Source: Curvularia clavata
Lineage: Eukaryota
Length of the DNA: 64,000 nucleotides
NCBI GenBank assembly: GCA_023920165.1
Contig: CP089278.1
Coordinates: 1,736,001 to 1,800,000 of the forward strand
Reading direction: 5' to 3'
Notes under the pieces: model-generated
The model's input: only the letters and a program-made list of their open reading frames with translations
Databases searched by the model: none
Told to the model about the DNA's origin: nothing
In this document: one piece after another, positions 12,644 to 25,861 of the stretch
How the letters are laid out: every line of letters starts with the position of its first letter
Numbering within the stretch: the first letter of the stretch is position 1
Translations under genes and position numbers: made by a program

Positions 12644-14953
12644 ATGGCATCAGTAATGCACATTAATCCGCCACGCCCAATGCCTGCGCCCCCCTCCCCC
12701 GCAACTTGCCAGTGGAGGCGAGGACGGCCCTTCACAGCCAGCAGTCCGCGCATCAGAGACATGCACCATAACCCTGCCTCAAGCACTCTTTCCCCGCCCA
12801 AACACAGTCCTTCAACCGATACAACGGCTATGGTGGAAAGCCAGCCTTCATTGCAAGCATTGTCCACGTCACATGCGAAACCGTCCGGCAGCGGGCATGG
12901 ACATGCCATCGATTCTCTTCAGCAGTTATGGGATCCATCGTACGGGTTACGCTTTGCAACCACACTCCCCATGGGGACTCAACAGCCTACCCCCGCCCCT
13001 GACGACAAGGAATCCATGATACCGTCCCGACTCGGACCAGCTGAGTTGCCGCATACAGAGGACGATTCTACCGGTAGTAGCGACGGCGCAGGGAATAGTA
13101 CACAAGCCCATACGGGAGACGCTGATTGTACGGCGGCGAGCCAGTCCTTATGCGACACGGATCACGTACAAGAATCAGATTCCACATACATGGCCAGCGT
13201 CTCTTCGCAAGGCGAGACAGAGCTGGACGTCAGCGAAGAAGAAGAAAAAGGTGAAGAAGAGACGAATGCCAATAACTCCCTTGCATACCAAATCCCAGAG
13301 GATACTCTGCGTGCCGCAATGGTCGCTTCGCCCAGAACACGTGCGAGTTACTGGAGTGCGAGACTGTACCAAGGCCCAGAGGGCGAGTCGCTTTCGATCC
13401 ATTATTGCAAAACCTTTGATGTTGCCGAAAGAGTCGCCCAATACTTTTTACAAGAGAAGATTGTTGGCTTCGACATTGAATGGAAGCCTCATGGAAACCC
13501 TCATTCGATTAAGCATAACGCTTCATTGATTCAGCTGGCATGCGAAGACAGGGTCGCGCTGTTTCACATCTCATTGTTTTCCGGATTCAAAGTGGAACAA
13601 CTTATGCCCCCGAGTCTGAGAGCTATTTTGGAATCGCCGGATATCATCAAGGTAGGGGTGGCTATCAAGGGCGATTTTAAGCGGGTGGAAAAGTACCTGA
13701 AGGTTCATCCTCAAGGCGTTTTCGAGCTTAGTCGCTTGCACAACCTAGTTGAATGGTACGAAGTCGATCCTAGCAAGGTCTCGAATAGACTGGTCAGTCT
13801 TGCCACCCAAGTGCTTCAACACCTCCAGTTGCCCTTGTACAAAGGCGAGCAACTAGAAGACGATGCCGACACGACTTCGAGTGTTCGAGAAAGTGACTGG
13901 AGCCTCCCGCTGAGCCTGGAGCAAACACATTACGCAGCCGCTGACGCGTACGCTGGATTTCGGCTCTACCACACGCTGGAATGGAAACGGACTCGACTAA
14001 CACCCACACCTCCACCGGTGATGCTTTGCGACTACGACAACAAGCCGAGTCCTCGCACCAAACAGTCGCGTAAGAAAGCTGAAGCAACTGCCAAGGCCAA
14101 AGACGATGTCGATAGTGACATGAGCTCATCAATTGACCCTGCGGAAGAGGAACAAGACAGCGATGAAGACGCCCTAGACTATCAGACAGCGCCAGAAGAT
14201 CACATGGATAACCATGAATTTGAGGATCTTGTACATGCAACAGCTTGCGCTGTTGGTCGACTTGAAAAGAAGAAAGTGCTCGAGGCTCGCCCTGCAGAGA
14301 ACACTGAATCCGATGATGATGATAACAATGACAAAAACAAGGACCCAGGATTTGAGAACAAAGCTTCTTCTCTGTCTAGGTCCGTGGGTCGAGTTGATCT
14401 ACCTTGGCTGAAAGGGATTGATCCGGGATACCCAGAATTACCGCAATCATCGCAGGAAGATGCCAAAGACGTTCGGCTTAACGGACTCTCTGATGATTCC
14501 GATGACGAATTCCCAGACGCGGAACTCGAAGAGGCGCTTGGGAACATGACACTTGACAATGCCGGGAACTTGAAGGAGGATGGGGAGGTTGACGCTTTTG
14601 AGCAGACTAGCCCGTCATATGACCTAGCGACAACATGGGCGCAGCGTTATGTTCAGTCCACTATCCCTTCACCCACATCCTCGGCTCTCCCACGCATTCA
14701 TGCAACTGCCTCTCATCTTCGTACCTATCATCTATGGCACCACCAGAAGATGGCAGTGGAGGAGATTGCGCTACTTGTGCGGGATCCGCCTCTTCCCCCC
14801 AGAACCGTCACCAATTATATTCTACAGGCTGTAACCTTGGAGAAACTCGAATACGAGCGAGAGGCACTTAGAAATCTGATGTCTGCATTGCCTTCAGGTA
14901 TGCGAAAGGGCCGATGGAAGGGATTGGCTGAGAAGGTTGGGGCTCTTGACTAA
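12644..14953 (+). CDS. WRN/EXD2-type DEDDy 3'-5' exonuclease with a C-terminal HTH-like region (true start uncertain)
   Basis: 769-aa ORF. ExoI 'VGFDIEWKP', 'SLIQLA', ExoII 'KVGVAIKGD', ExoIII 'SDWSLPLSLEQTHYAAADAYA'. C-terminal 'TYHLWHHQKMAVEEIA..TVTNYIL' resembles the RecQ/WRN C-terminal HTH. No helicase motifs. Confidence 0.85.
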   Translation: MASVMHINPPRPMPAPPSPATCQWRRGRPFTASSPRIRDMHHNPASSTLSPPKHSPSTDTTAMVESQPSLQALSTSHAKPSGSGHGHAIDSLQQLWDPSYGLRFATTLPMGTQQPTPAPDDKESMIPSRLGPAELPHTEDDSTGSSDGAGNSTQAHTGDADCTAASQSLCDTDHVQESDSTYMASVSSQGETELDVSEEEEKGEEETNANNSLAYQIPEDTLRAAMVASPRTRASYWSARLYQGPEGESLSIHYCKTFDVAERVAQYFLQEKIVGFDIEWKPHGNPHSIKHNASLIQLACEDRVALFHISLFSGFKVEQLMPPSLRAILESPDIIKVGVAIKGDFKRVEKYLKVHPQGVFELSRLHNLVEWYEVDPSKVSNRLVSLATQVLQHLQLPLYKGEQLEDDADTTSSVRESDWSLPLSLEQTHYAAADAYAGFRLYHTLEWKRTRLTPTPPPVMLCDYDNKPSPRTKQSRKKAEATAKAKDDVDSDMSSSIDPAEEEQDSDEDALDYQTAPEDHMDNHEFEDLVHATACAVGRLEKKKVLEARPAENTESDDDDNNDKNKDPGFENKASSLSRSVGRVDLPWLKGIDPGYPELPQSSQEDAKDVRLNGLSDDSDDEFPDAELEEALGNMTLDNAGNLKEDGEVDAFEQTSPSYDLATTWAQRYVQSTIPSPTSSALPRIHATASHLRTYHLWHHQKMAVEEIALLVRDPPLPPRTVTNYILQAVTLEKLEYEREALRNLMSALPSGMRKGRWKGLAEKVGALD

Positions 14954-15420
14954 ACGTGTTTCTTTTATGGTACCATGTAATAGTCTAAATGCTACGATGA
15001 ATGAAGGGGTGAGTTTTGTACATGTGCTGCTTTCCAGCATTGTACTCGCTGCAGGCTTTCACGTCGACGTGCATTTGGCAGTCCACCAGTGTGCAAAAGA
15101 ATATTGGACACGTATCGAGGCGTCGTAACCTCGTACTCGATTCAGGTACAGTAGGCCTAGGTCGATGGCTAAGCTCAGGGTCCGGACGCATGGCCAATAG
15201 AAATAAAGCAGCAGCCCCACTCCCCGCTCGCCGGCTGCGAAACTGCGGTGAGGATCCTCCATCCCTGTCAGCAGCCCCTCCAAATTGTTGGCGGCACTCG
15301 GTCATTACCCCCTCGCTGTACCCACAAGCACCATTGCCACTTTGTTACCTCTCGTCGAATACTTGTCCTCAGGGATTCAGCATCACTGCAAAGGAAAAAG
15401 ATTGCCATTCAATACCCATC

Positions 15421-16333
15421 ATGGCCGCTGCAGCTGCAGTTTACCCCCCGCTCGACCAGCGCCCGGTCAAGAACACAGTCCTGCTCTTCGATGTTGACGA
15501 CACGCTCACGAAGCCCCGTCAAGTGCGCTCAGCTCTCTAAGATACGTTGGATATGGACCACTAACAAGCCTCTAGCTGGTGCAGCCGGAGATGCTTCAAC
15601 TGCTCTCAGAACTGCGACACAAGTGCGCCATCGGCTTCGTTGGCGGCTCCAACCTCGCCAAACAGCAGGAGCAACTTGGCGGACCAGTAGATGTCGCTTC
15701 ACTGTTTGACTTTTGCTTCGCTGAGAATGGACTCACTGCCATCCGCATGGGCGAGGTACTGTCTAGCCAGAGCTTCATTGGTTGGATCGGTGAGGAGAAG
15801 TACAAGGCGCTGGCAAAGTGGTACGTTCAAGCCCATGGTGTTGCAAAGCATCGCTGATTCCAATCCACAGGATCCTTCACTACATCGCTGATCTCGACAT
15901 TCCCATCAAGCGTGGTACCTTTATCGAATTCCGGAACGGCATGATCAATGTCTCTCCCATCGGCCGTAACGCCTCTACCGAAGAGCGCAACGAGTACCAA
16001 AAGTACGACCTCGAGCACAAGATCAGGGAAACCATGGTCGCAAAGCTCAAGGAAGCATTCCCTGACTACGGTCTGACCTACTCTATCGGTGGCCAAATCT
16101 CATTCGATGTCTTCCCCACTGGCTGGGACAAGACCTATTGCTTGCGACACATTGAGGCCGAGAAGGATATCTCGGGAGTTGTCTATGACAAGATTCACTT
16201 CTTCGGCGACAAGGCATACGAAGGTGGAAATGACTGGGAAATCTACAGCGATAAGCGGACCATTGGACACAAGGTTAAGAACCCGGAAGACACATACGCA
16301 CAGCTGCAGGAGCTGCTGAAGAGCTTCCAGTAG
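15421..16333 (+). CDS. SEC53: Phosphomannomutase (HAD family)
   Basis: Exons 15421-15522, 15576-15820, 15871-16333. Motifs 'LFDVDDTLT', 'FVGGS', 'FAENGL', '[21 protein letters not shown]', '[19 protein letters not shown]', 'FFGDK..GGND'. Confidence 0.97.
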
Positions 16334-17180
16334 TCAGAACGGCTTGAAAAAAAAATGAAACCCTTTCCGACTATGTTCAGAATGATGAACAGACCTGTTT
16401 GCACTGTTCTCGAATGGGACAAATACAATACGACATGTGAACAATCAACAGAAGTCAAAGACGCTAATTTGAAAGCCCGATATATCATTCAGTTGATACA
16501 CGAATTATGCATTCTCATTCTGCTACAGATTTCTGATGGCGCTTGGGATTACGTTGATCGTTCCACACAAATTCTGTGTTCACTGCTCGTCTTGGTTGAC
16601 TAGAATGATTCTGCAAACCCGGACCTGAACACAGCCCAACATGTATCAGCTTAGTCAATGCATCTCGTACCCGCTTACAAGATAGTAGTCAGCGTGTTTG
16701 CCTGCATCTCATAAGGGCAAGGTTGTCACTAATAACTTACATTTTTGTCCTTTAATTCATTAAAACGAAACAACCTACCTGCCTATATTAGATGGAAAAA
16801 GTCTTGATTGGCTCAACAGATACTCAAATGAATATCTCTCGATGCTTGGCGCCACAAGCCCGGCGCCGCAGAGACACGAAGAGCTAACCAAATCTGAGTA
16901 CCTGCATACCTTGTTCATCTATCTAGCCAATGGGCGCCTTGCTACGAGATATGTGTGTAACATTCCAAGAAGACTACTTCAAAATATGGGAGGTGCGGAT
17001 AGAAATAAGCGACGATCCGGCAATTGAATGTTTGTGTACATGTACCTATCTCCGCATAGAAAGTGGAGATCGGTATATTATCGAGACTTCGGAAAAGACA
17101 TACAAATATCGACGGGTCGATTCTTTTTGCTAGTCCCAGGTGTTTGTTTCTGCTGCTCGTCTGCTCGTCTGCTCACCATC

Positions 17181-19300
17181 ATGAAGTTCGACGCAGCGTT
17201 TCACCTCTTTCTACCCACTCTGGTTCTTGCCTCTGCTTCATCCTGCATTCCACCCCAGGCCACGGCAAACTCCTCAAATACCTATGACTATATCGTTACC
17301 GGCTCAGGCCCCGGAGGCGGAACCATTGCTACCAATCTTGCGCGCGCAGGACACTCGGTTCTATTGATCGAAGCAGGCTCCGATGCTACGTCTGATATAC
17401 GCACTCAGATCCTCGCGCTGAACAGCTTTGGCAACATTGATGTCGCATGGCATTTCTTCGTTAAACATGACGATGATGAAGAGAGGCTGAAGAGATATAA
17501 TTTGCTGGTGTGGAGATTGCCCAACGGAGAGTGTAAGTAGTTCCCTGGGCAGATCTTTTATTAGACGAGGTACTGATGTCAGAAGACTGGGTTGGGAAGG
17601 ACCCGAGCGTCGACGGATACGTGGGTGCGGAGAGACTGGGGGTTTTCTACCCCCGAGGCGCGACACTTGGTGGCAGTGCTATTATAAACGCAGCAGCGAC
17701 ATTTTTGCCAAGTGAGAGTGACTGGAATATTTTTGACAAGGGAGCTGAGAACGGACTCTGGAAGTAAGTCTTTAACCGGTTGCAATGGTCGGCAAAGTGT
17801 ATTGACTGGATTAGTGGTGACCAAATGCGTAACTACTTCGAGAAGATCGAGCATAATAACTATCTCGAACCAAGCACCCCAGGCCATGGTTTTACCGGCT
17901 GGCTACAAACAAACATAGCGAACCGTGAGACACAGGCAGCAGCAGCTCTTCGCCTCAAGGTCTTCCAGGCAGCCTTGAAGCTTGTTGGCAGAGACCCGGA
18001 AAAAGTGCTGGATGATCTTGTCAGTGATCCAAATTATCTCGGCCCCGGCCGAGATCAAGCTGAAGGGCTTTGGGCTCTGCCCTTTCATGTCACGCCAACG
18101 TGGAAACGATTCAGTCCGCGCGACAGAATTCTAGAAACTCGAAATGCAACGAATCTGAATGGGACGCAAAAGTATCCACTTCACCTGCAGCTTGAGTCCC
18201 TGGTTACTAAGGTGCTGTTCGATACTTGTGGCGGCAACAGTACAAAAGCACGAGCGGTAGGAGTCGAATATCTCCACGGCAAATCCGTATACAAAGCGGA
18301 TCCACGACGGAATAACACTACTGCAGCAGGCACCACCAAGACAGCCTTCGCTCGCAAAGAAGTGATCGTCTCAGGTGGGGCCTTCAACTCACCTCAAATC
18401 CTACAACTCTCTGGTATCGGGCCCAGAGCCCTCCTTGAGAAGTACGGCATTCCAGTGGTCTCCGACTTGCCAGGCGTAGGTCGTAACCTTCAGGACAACT
18501 ACGAAATACCCATGTATGGCAACGCTCAAGTAAACATCACGGCTCCTGTCGATCCCAACGCCCCTAAGTGTACATTTGGTGCACCTGGAGACCCCTGCGT
18601 TAACCTCTGGTACCAGGGCCAGGGACCCTACGCACGCGGTGGCGTCAACTCGAACGCTTTCCTCCTCAAAACTCGGCATGCCGTCGAAAACGAGCGGGAC
18701 ATGCTCATGTTCGGTTTCCCTGGCAGTGTCTTCCGTGGTTTCGCCCCTGTCACAAGTCAAAACCAGACACTGGTTCCTCCGACAACTTTTTCCTGGTCTA
18801 CAGTCAAAATGCACCCGCAAAACACAGCAGGGTACGTCAGGATTCGCTCTGCCGATCCGACCGAGACTCCAGATGTTAATTTGAATTACTTTGTTACCGG
18901 CGCAGAGACGGATATGAATGCCATACTGGATACTCTGGCGTTTGCACGTAAAGCCTTCAGGACAACTGAGGCGCCGGTTGGTCCCATCACACCAGTGTCA
19001 CCTCCTTGCCCCCCAGCCGATATCCTTGAAACTGGATACTGCAAAGATATCAATATTGATAAGAACTGGATTAAAGACCAGATTTTTGGCCACCATCCTA
19101 CGAGTACAAACAAAGTAGGCCCAGACTCGGACCCCATGGCTGTGTTGGACAGTAGGTTGAGAGTCAAGGGGGTACAAGGTCTGCGGGTCGTCGATGCAAG
19201 TGCTTTTCCCAGGTGCCCGGGGGCATTTCCAGCGGTTTCAACGTTCATGTTGAGTGAGAGGGCGACAGATTTGGTGTTGGAAGACGCGGGAAAGTGGTAG
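17181..19300 (+). CDS. Secreted GMC (glucose-methanol-choline) oxidoreductase
   Basis: Signal peptide 'MKFDAAFHLFLPTLVLASA'; FAD motif 'YDYIVTGSGPGG'; 'PRGATLGGSAIIN'; 'GGAFNSPQILQLSGIG'; 'GHHPTSTNKVG'; 'LRVVDASAFP'. Exons 17181-17532, 17586-17763, 17815-19300. Confidence 0.95.
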
Positions 19301-19842
19301 GTTAAATCGTTGGTATATAGTCAATATAAGTTGTGAAGTTTGAAACTTATATTTTCTTACTGGCTGAGACAAACCAAGATAAGAAGACTAATGACACAAT
19401 GCTATGTTTGATCTGCAATGAATCTTTGGCATCATAAATAATAATCACGATGAGCAACCTTCCCAGACTGGACAATATCGTGTTCAGAAAGATTGACTGA
19501 GGACTGCTAACAACACTCCCCAATTATGACGTCAAGCAGACTTTCGCGAGCGGAACGAACAAGCTAGGCAAAGAGAGCAGATAGTGTTTACGTGGAAGAG
19601 AAATAAGCATAAATTTAAGTTTCCCGATAATAGCGTTCCTTGTTCTACCCCACCCGCTCCCGACGCGCCAAAAATTATTTTGTCGTCGTAACTCCCCCCA
19701 CCCGCCGCGAATTGCGCATTCGATCAGACTCCGCAGCCACGATCTCTACTCTATTAAGTTTCCTACCTAGGCAAACCTCCGGTCAATTTCACTCCGACAG
19801 ACATTCTACACGCCAACTCAAATCCACACACGCGCACAAACC

Positions 19843-20403
19843 ATGAAGCTCCTGACCCTCAACTTCCTCACCTGCGCCATCAAAACCTGCAAAACGAACC
19901 CCGCGTCCTTCCCCCTGCACCCACGCGACGCCGAACTCGAAATCGTCGAGGCAGACGTGAACCTTGATTTTTTGAAAAACATTCTTCCTCGCATTTTGTG
20001 GGATGAGCTAAGAGTCATATGCAGCGAGGTATGCAAATACACCAATATTCCTTCTGACAATATCTCTCCGATTGGAGAACGTTTCTTAGAGAAAACATGC
20101 ACACGGCATTCTTGTACAAGCTAACATATACACTCTTTTTCTACACAGCTCGGTCTCCCCGAACTCCCAGCTACAGCGCCGACACCAGCCGATCTCGTCG
20201 AGCCTTGCACGTCCGCACTAGACACAACAGATGCGCCACCAGCACAAGAGGACGAGGAGCCCAGCCAGACGGCAAAGGATCTGCACAGGATACTGCTTGA
20301 GACGTGTATAAAGGAAGGAAAACTAGTCTGCGGCGCGTGCCAACATGAATACGCGGTTAAAGAGGGTGTGGCGAATTTCTTGTTGCCGGGGCATTTGGTG
20401 TGA
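19843..20403 (+). CDS. TRM112: Multifunctional methyltransferase subunit Trm112
   Basis: 'MKLLTLNFLTCAIKTCK..SFPLH' and 'LHRILLETCIKEGKLVCGACQHEYAVKEGVANFLLPGHLV'; intron 20029-20148. Confidence 0.95.
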
Positions 20404-20792
20404 GAATTTATCAGAGAGAAAGACTGGAATAGGTTATTATATGGTAGAAAGGAGCAGTCCATTGGCTAGATTCCCGAATGCAGAAGGATACAAAGTGGAA
20501 ATGCGGCCGAGCGGGTAGGGAGAGACAGAGCTTTCGGGGAGACAGGGGAAGAAAAAGAGTAGGAGCATAACCCTTCGCAGCACATGTGGAAAGGGAGCAT
20601 GGGCTAAGAAACCCGAGATTGCGATTTGATACCCTTTCATTTGAGCATGGACATTTACATAGTTTTCAACAGCGTCAGAAGCTTCAACTTTTCGTTCCCT
20701 TTGCCTAGCCAAAAATGGTATCTAAAACATGCGCCCAAACACCGGTGATTATCACCACATATTTTTTTTATCTTTTGCAACTAATTCGGCCT

Positions 20793-22329
20793 TCACGATC
20801 CAATGGCACGGTTGATCTGCACCCGCTTGTCTTCACCACCAGATACGATGCCCACCTGGCGATCCCAGCACACGCTGAAGACCTTTGCACCTTCTCCATG
20901 GCTCTTGGCACCCTCTCCATCCCGTGACTGCCGATAGATTGTGTAGACGCTCTCGCCTGTCATACCCTCGCCGACCTGGCCGCCTGTAGTAACATTCCTG
21001 AGATCCCAGATCTGGACTGTGCCGTCATGAGATGCAGAAGCAAGGTTATGTTCAGAGGACGGATCTGTGTCCAAGGACACGACGCCATTCTTGTGGCCTC
21101 GCAGCGTCATTACACTGATCTGTGTAGCTGATACACGAGGGTCGATCAGAGTAATGTGTCGTGCAGATGTACCGGTCGCCAGGAGATTGCGCGAAGGGAT
21201 GGCACACAAAGAAAGAAGTGAGTGGCCGGTCGTTCGTGTATCCACACATGTCGCAGTGGGCAGATCCCACGTCTTCAGGGTATGATCGTGTGAGGCAGAG
21301 TAAGCGACTGTTGCATCATCAGGCTTAAAGATGACGCTAGATACTGGTGCACTGTGACCAGTAAACGTAGCCAACGCGCCTCGACCTGGAACTGTACGGT
21401 CCGGCTTTGAAAGTTTTTGTCGCTTGTTAGAAGCAACTGTCGAGTCCGGAAGTAGGTTGGATGGTGCCACTGGGTTTTCCTTTGCATTGCTTGAGAAGAG
21501 CGAGACCGTTGTATCCGATGATGCGGAGAGAATTCGGTTTGACGGCGCGTGGACAGCAACGTCCTCTACACCCCAGCGGTGGTTGAAGAGCTCCAGGGCC
21601 GTTGTAATCGTTCGCGCATCATCATCATACTTGTACACGCGAACTATATTGTCCAAGCCAGCAGCCACCATCTTCTTCTCAGACAACCACTTTGCCGTCT
21701 TCAAGCTGGTAATCCGACCTCCATTGTTGGGGGCTTCAGAAGTCGCCAAAACATCGCCAGAAGTGTTCCAGACCCGTAACAGTCCATCATAGCTTGCGCT
21801 CAGTATTCTCTCTTGCCCACTCTGCACTCCTGATAGGACGTCAACCGCAGAAACCCAGTCGTCATGCTCGAAGCTGGTAACATTCAACGGTGGTACTAGG
21901 GCCCTAGTGTATTCTACGTCGAGGGTCGCTTCGGCATTGATTCCATTCTTTGTAAGGAACTGGTCGATAGTTGTGCGCAGAAATTCGCCATTGATGAGTA
22001 TGTCGAACGGAATGCGGTTCTCGTCCCCACGGTGGAGGAGCTCGTTTACAAGAGTCGAGAGCTTGTGGCGTGTTAAAGCTAGAGGTACATTCCCGTTAGC
22101 ATGGTGCACAAAAATAGACCAACTTCGCTTGAGAGATATCTTGCGACCATGTCTTAATAGCAAGACCTTGCGACGTGTTGCGACACAAGAGCGTGCAGCT
22201 TGACATGTCTTACAAGGAATACTTACATGTTTGCACAAGCAAAGTACTGGGCTCCTCTGAAATCTGCAGTCCAGGATCGCGGGTAGTGAGGCGAATCTGC
22301 ACCTTAGTCTCTGCTGCTTCGGAATCCAT
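20793..22329 (-). CDS. YTM1: Ribosome biogenesis WD40 protein Ytm1/WDR12
   Basis: Exon 1 22329-22227 (MDSEAAETKVQIRLTTRD..), intron 22226-22079, then the NLE domain 'LSTLVNELL..IPFDILINGEFLRT' and WD40 repeats 'HDDWVSAVD', 'SASYDG', 'ARHITLIDPR'. Confidence 0.95.
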
Positions 22330-22605
22330 GGTGTCGGTATGTGGTTGGCTACCTGTCAAAAAGTCGTCGCTGGTGACGATGGATTCTGGGAAGCTTTTGG
22401 AAATTTCGGGATCTCGAACTTTTTCTTGAAAGAGGTTAGCGCGGGGATATCAGCCAGTCGGCGTTCGCGCACCTCCGGCGACCTAGCTGGCCCAATAACA
22501 TTTGCGCAGATCTTAACATGCTTACGAACGATGTATTTCTCAAAGCCAACTCGTGCATAGCAATTGGTTGGCGATTGGGATTGACATTGGGTATAACTGG
22601 CTTCC

Positions 22606-25213
22606 TCATTGCATACTCGTCCTCCTGATTTCAGCAATGGCTCTCCTCCGATGATCACTAGGTGCAAACAATGCTTCAATCAAACCAATCACCTCCTCAG
22701 CCTCCATTTCCAGCTTCAATTCTCCATCGGTCCAGAAGTATTTGATGTCCGCAAGGCTACTATCCAGGATTTCGCTGAGGTACTGAAATTTGAACCAATT
22801 GGGTGTGTAGATGCCAGCCATGTCCCTCATCTCCCCACTGTCATCCTCGACTTGGAAGTGCTGTGCCAGGGTAGAGAGTGAAACACAGTACCCGTGTAGT
22901 TTTCGAGATTCGTCCTCAGCGATATCCGCTTTGTCCTCCACATCATTGACAAATTTCGTAAGGGCTGCTGATACTAGTGAGCCGAGTGACTGGAGCAAAG
23001 CACTCTTAGAGAGGACATTTTGCCATTGCCGCTTCACGTCTCCTATTCTGTCGATGGTTGTGGCGATGGCATCGTCGCATACTGTGGCGAAAGGAACGTT
23101 GGTGCAGTCTTGGAAGCCTTGTGCATCTTCCAAGTGGTCCCTGATTATTTGTCGTTGCGATTCCATCTCACGCCCGTACGCACGCTTGCCAAATCCATCA
23201 ATGGTCTTAATGTCAGCTTCCAGTAACGGTTTTAGACGCTTCGAAGGCTGCAGATGGTTTGGTAGTGTAGAAAATTTATCTTTTTCGTCTTGTTCTTGTA
23301 AGAAGAGTCGCAGTCGATCCGATAGTCGCTGGCAGTCATTGTAGATGAGCATGTTACTGGCAACGTCCTTGGAGTAATGCATAATGGCAGTGGCCCGATA
23401 CATGGCCAGAATGAGGCTGGGGATTGCATATAAGCCTCCACTCGCAGGCGAAATGGCTGACTTGACGTGATCAGCGGAATTGAGAGCGTCTACGTCTCTT
23501 AGAACCTGCAAAATAATGTCCATGATAGCATCTGGAATCGCTGTAACAGTGTATGTCTCCCGCAGCGTCATCTCCTGCTGCGTCGGTGCTTTCTGCGGAA
23601 CCGGCTTCTTCTTTGTGTTTGGCGACTCTGGTGACTTGATTGTGGGATTTGGTGTAGCAGCTGGCTTGGTCTCGGTTTCATCATCCCAATCTGCCCCCCA
23701 ATCCTCTGCGTCTTCTTCATCTGATGGCTTCTCCTTGGCGGCTTCTTGCTTTGGCTCCTCATCGGGTACATCGACCTCATCACCCCATGCACTCATATCT
23801 TCTTCCTCTACCGGCGCCTTTTGTTCCTTTGTCGCCTCCTCTTCCCCGTCCCAATCCGCAGCCCAGTCATCATCTTGGTCGTCACCTGCATGTAGTGCGT
23901 CCCCTTTTGAAATGATCTGTGTCTCAACCCTCTCTACAGTTTTTCTCTCGAGCACTTTCTTGGGAAATATGGCTTGGACTCCAGCGATTGCGGCTTCTTT
24001 CTGCTTGGCTAGCCATATTTCCGAAGACTTATCAACCCAATCTGTGAGGCGGCTCTGGCCAGACCATCCAAGCTCATCCAAGTATTCTACGAGGCCTAAG
24101 ACGTACGAGAGCGACTCCTGAAATTGAGGGATACCCTCTGTCGAGAGCGGCACGGCTGGTAGGAGATGACTTGATATCAGACGAGATGCGATGATGGGGA
24201 CAATTTTGTGTGATAGCGGGACTGCGACATTGGATGGTAAACGTGTGCTTAGGTAATCAACGATGGAATGGATGTCTTCAATCGTGGCCTTGACACTTCC
24301 ATCGTTTACTGGGCCTGCGCGTTGGATGTCATCTCCCTGAACCTTGAATGCAGATACGACGCAGTCGCTGCTCATGGCAAGGCGGGGGGAGACTATGATT
24401 CTCTCCAGATCGCGGCTCAAGCGGCTGATTAGATTGTCAAGAAGGCCCAGCTTCACCAGGGCTTCGGTAGTGGCATTGATGTCGACCTTGGACTCTCGTT
24501 CGATCGACTGGTGCAGCGAGATTTTATGATTGACATTGTCAACAGATATCAGACCATTCCACGAATCCGTGACAGTCTCCACAATGGCCTTCTTCAGCTG
24601 TTCCTCCTTTTTTCTGAGCACCCCAACCACCCTGGTGTTCATGAAGGGACCGAGTCTCTTAAAGGCGCCATGCGCGTCTTCCAGAGTACCAATGGCGTGC
24701 ATAACATGGCCGTGTACAGCTGCGTTTTGCGCCGAGTCCAGTAAAGTAGATATGTCTCTCAGTTGCTCCACAGCTTGCGCCAAGGTCTCGTTGTACGCAA
24801 TCTCCGTATGCAGCAGGCTGACCTTGCTTGCAGCATCTTGTACACGTGCCGTGTTTTCCTTGCTTGCTTCTGCTTGTTTCACAATTTCTTTGGCCGTGTC
24901 CTGCGAGCGTTTGATATCGTCCTGTAGCTTGCGTGCCTGAGTAATCCAACCATCGACATCAGGTGCGGCTTCTCGGGAAAGCTTGCGGACTTCGTTCTGG
25001 GACAAACAGTCAATTTCGGTGCCAAGAGAGAAGCCAAATGTCTTTGCATACTTTGGTGTCCTCGCGGGCCTTGTTGACCACCTCTAGCAGCTTAGGAAGC
25101 GCGCTGGGCGGGACTGCAGCAGATGCCACATGTTCGTCTTGGGGAAATGCCCCGCGTTCAGCCGACTGAAGGAGCGCGTCACCCAGTTGCTCGTCGGATA
25201 CTTGCGAAGGCAT
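22606..25213 (-). CDS. ZW10/Dsl1-family protein (ER tethering / kinetochore ZW10 homologue)
   Basis: Exon 1 25213-25052, intron 25051-24997, long helical exon 2. Contains an acidic W-rich loop (DDDWAADWDGEEE, EDWGADWDDE) like the Dsl1 COPI-binding lasso and a C-terminal 'WFKFQYLSEILDSSLADI..EEVIGLIEALF..RRRAIAEI'. Confidence 0.85.
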
Positions 25214-25861
25214 TTGCGGTTAGCAGGCGGTTGTCATGCCGGTATCTAAAAAGACGCAAGGTGTGCAACATTGAGATTCAAGTTGCACGGACGTCCAGGC
25301 GACGTCAACCCTTGGTGTCGCTGCCCCGCCACACTTACCCCGCCACCACAGACTGGATGGCCGATTCTTTGGATACGCCGCCAGCACGTGCACTCAAATG
25401 CAGCAGTAGGAAATAACCAACTGTATATCTTCCTTTTGCAGTATTTTTTTCTCGGAAACGGCCTTCTTGCCAGCTGTCTACGGGACTGGTACTACAGATA
25501 CTCGCTGCTACGCTCTTGCCGCGCCACTCCACATTTGCTTTACTGGTGTGTCATCTTTTTGCCTTCATTTCACTTCGTCAGAATCTGAGTTTGCGTTCAT
25601 GCTCTTTACATTGTCATATCTAGCTTGAAGACAAACGAGGTGCCGGTCGCAAACCCCGGAATTCGCGGCACACCAAGACATGTCTCATGGGTGTCGAAGA
25701 CTCAACTATGCTTCCAGTATTGGCTACGCATAGGATCGGCTAACACAACGATCGTAGTACCAATTCGAATAAGGCTATCTGAACCAGTGAATTGACTACT
25801 GAGTACCACTGCTCCGACCAACAGGCCTGCATCAACACTCCAGTCTTTCAAACTCGCCGCC

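Noticed and set aside
16334..16603. Readthrough extension of phosphomannomutase, or a C/D snoRNA (ATGATGA at 16382)
   Set aside because: The frame is open after TAG, but TAG-TCA is not a known leaky context and the extension has no PTS1; the C and D boxes are far apart with no terminal stem.
25400..25640. H/ACA snoRNA in the ZW10 / M16 divergent gap
   Set aside because: T-rich with an ACA near the end, but I could not build the two-hairpin structure.
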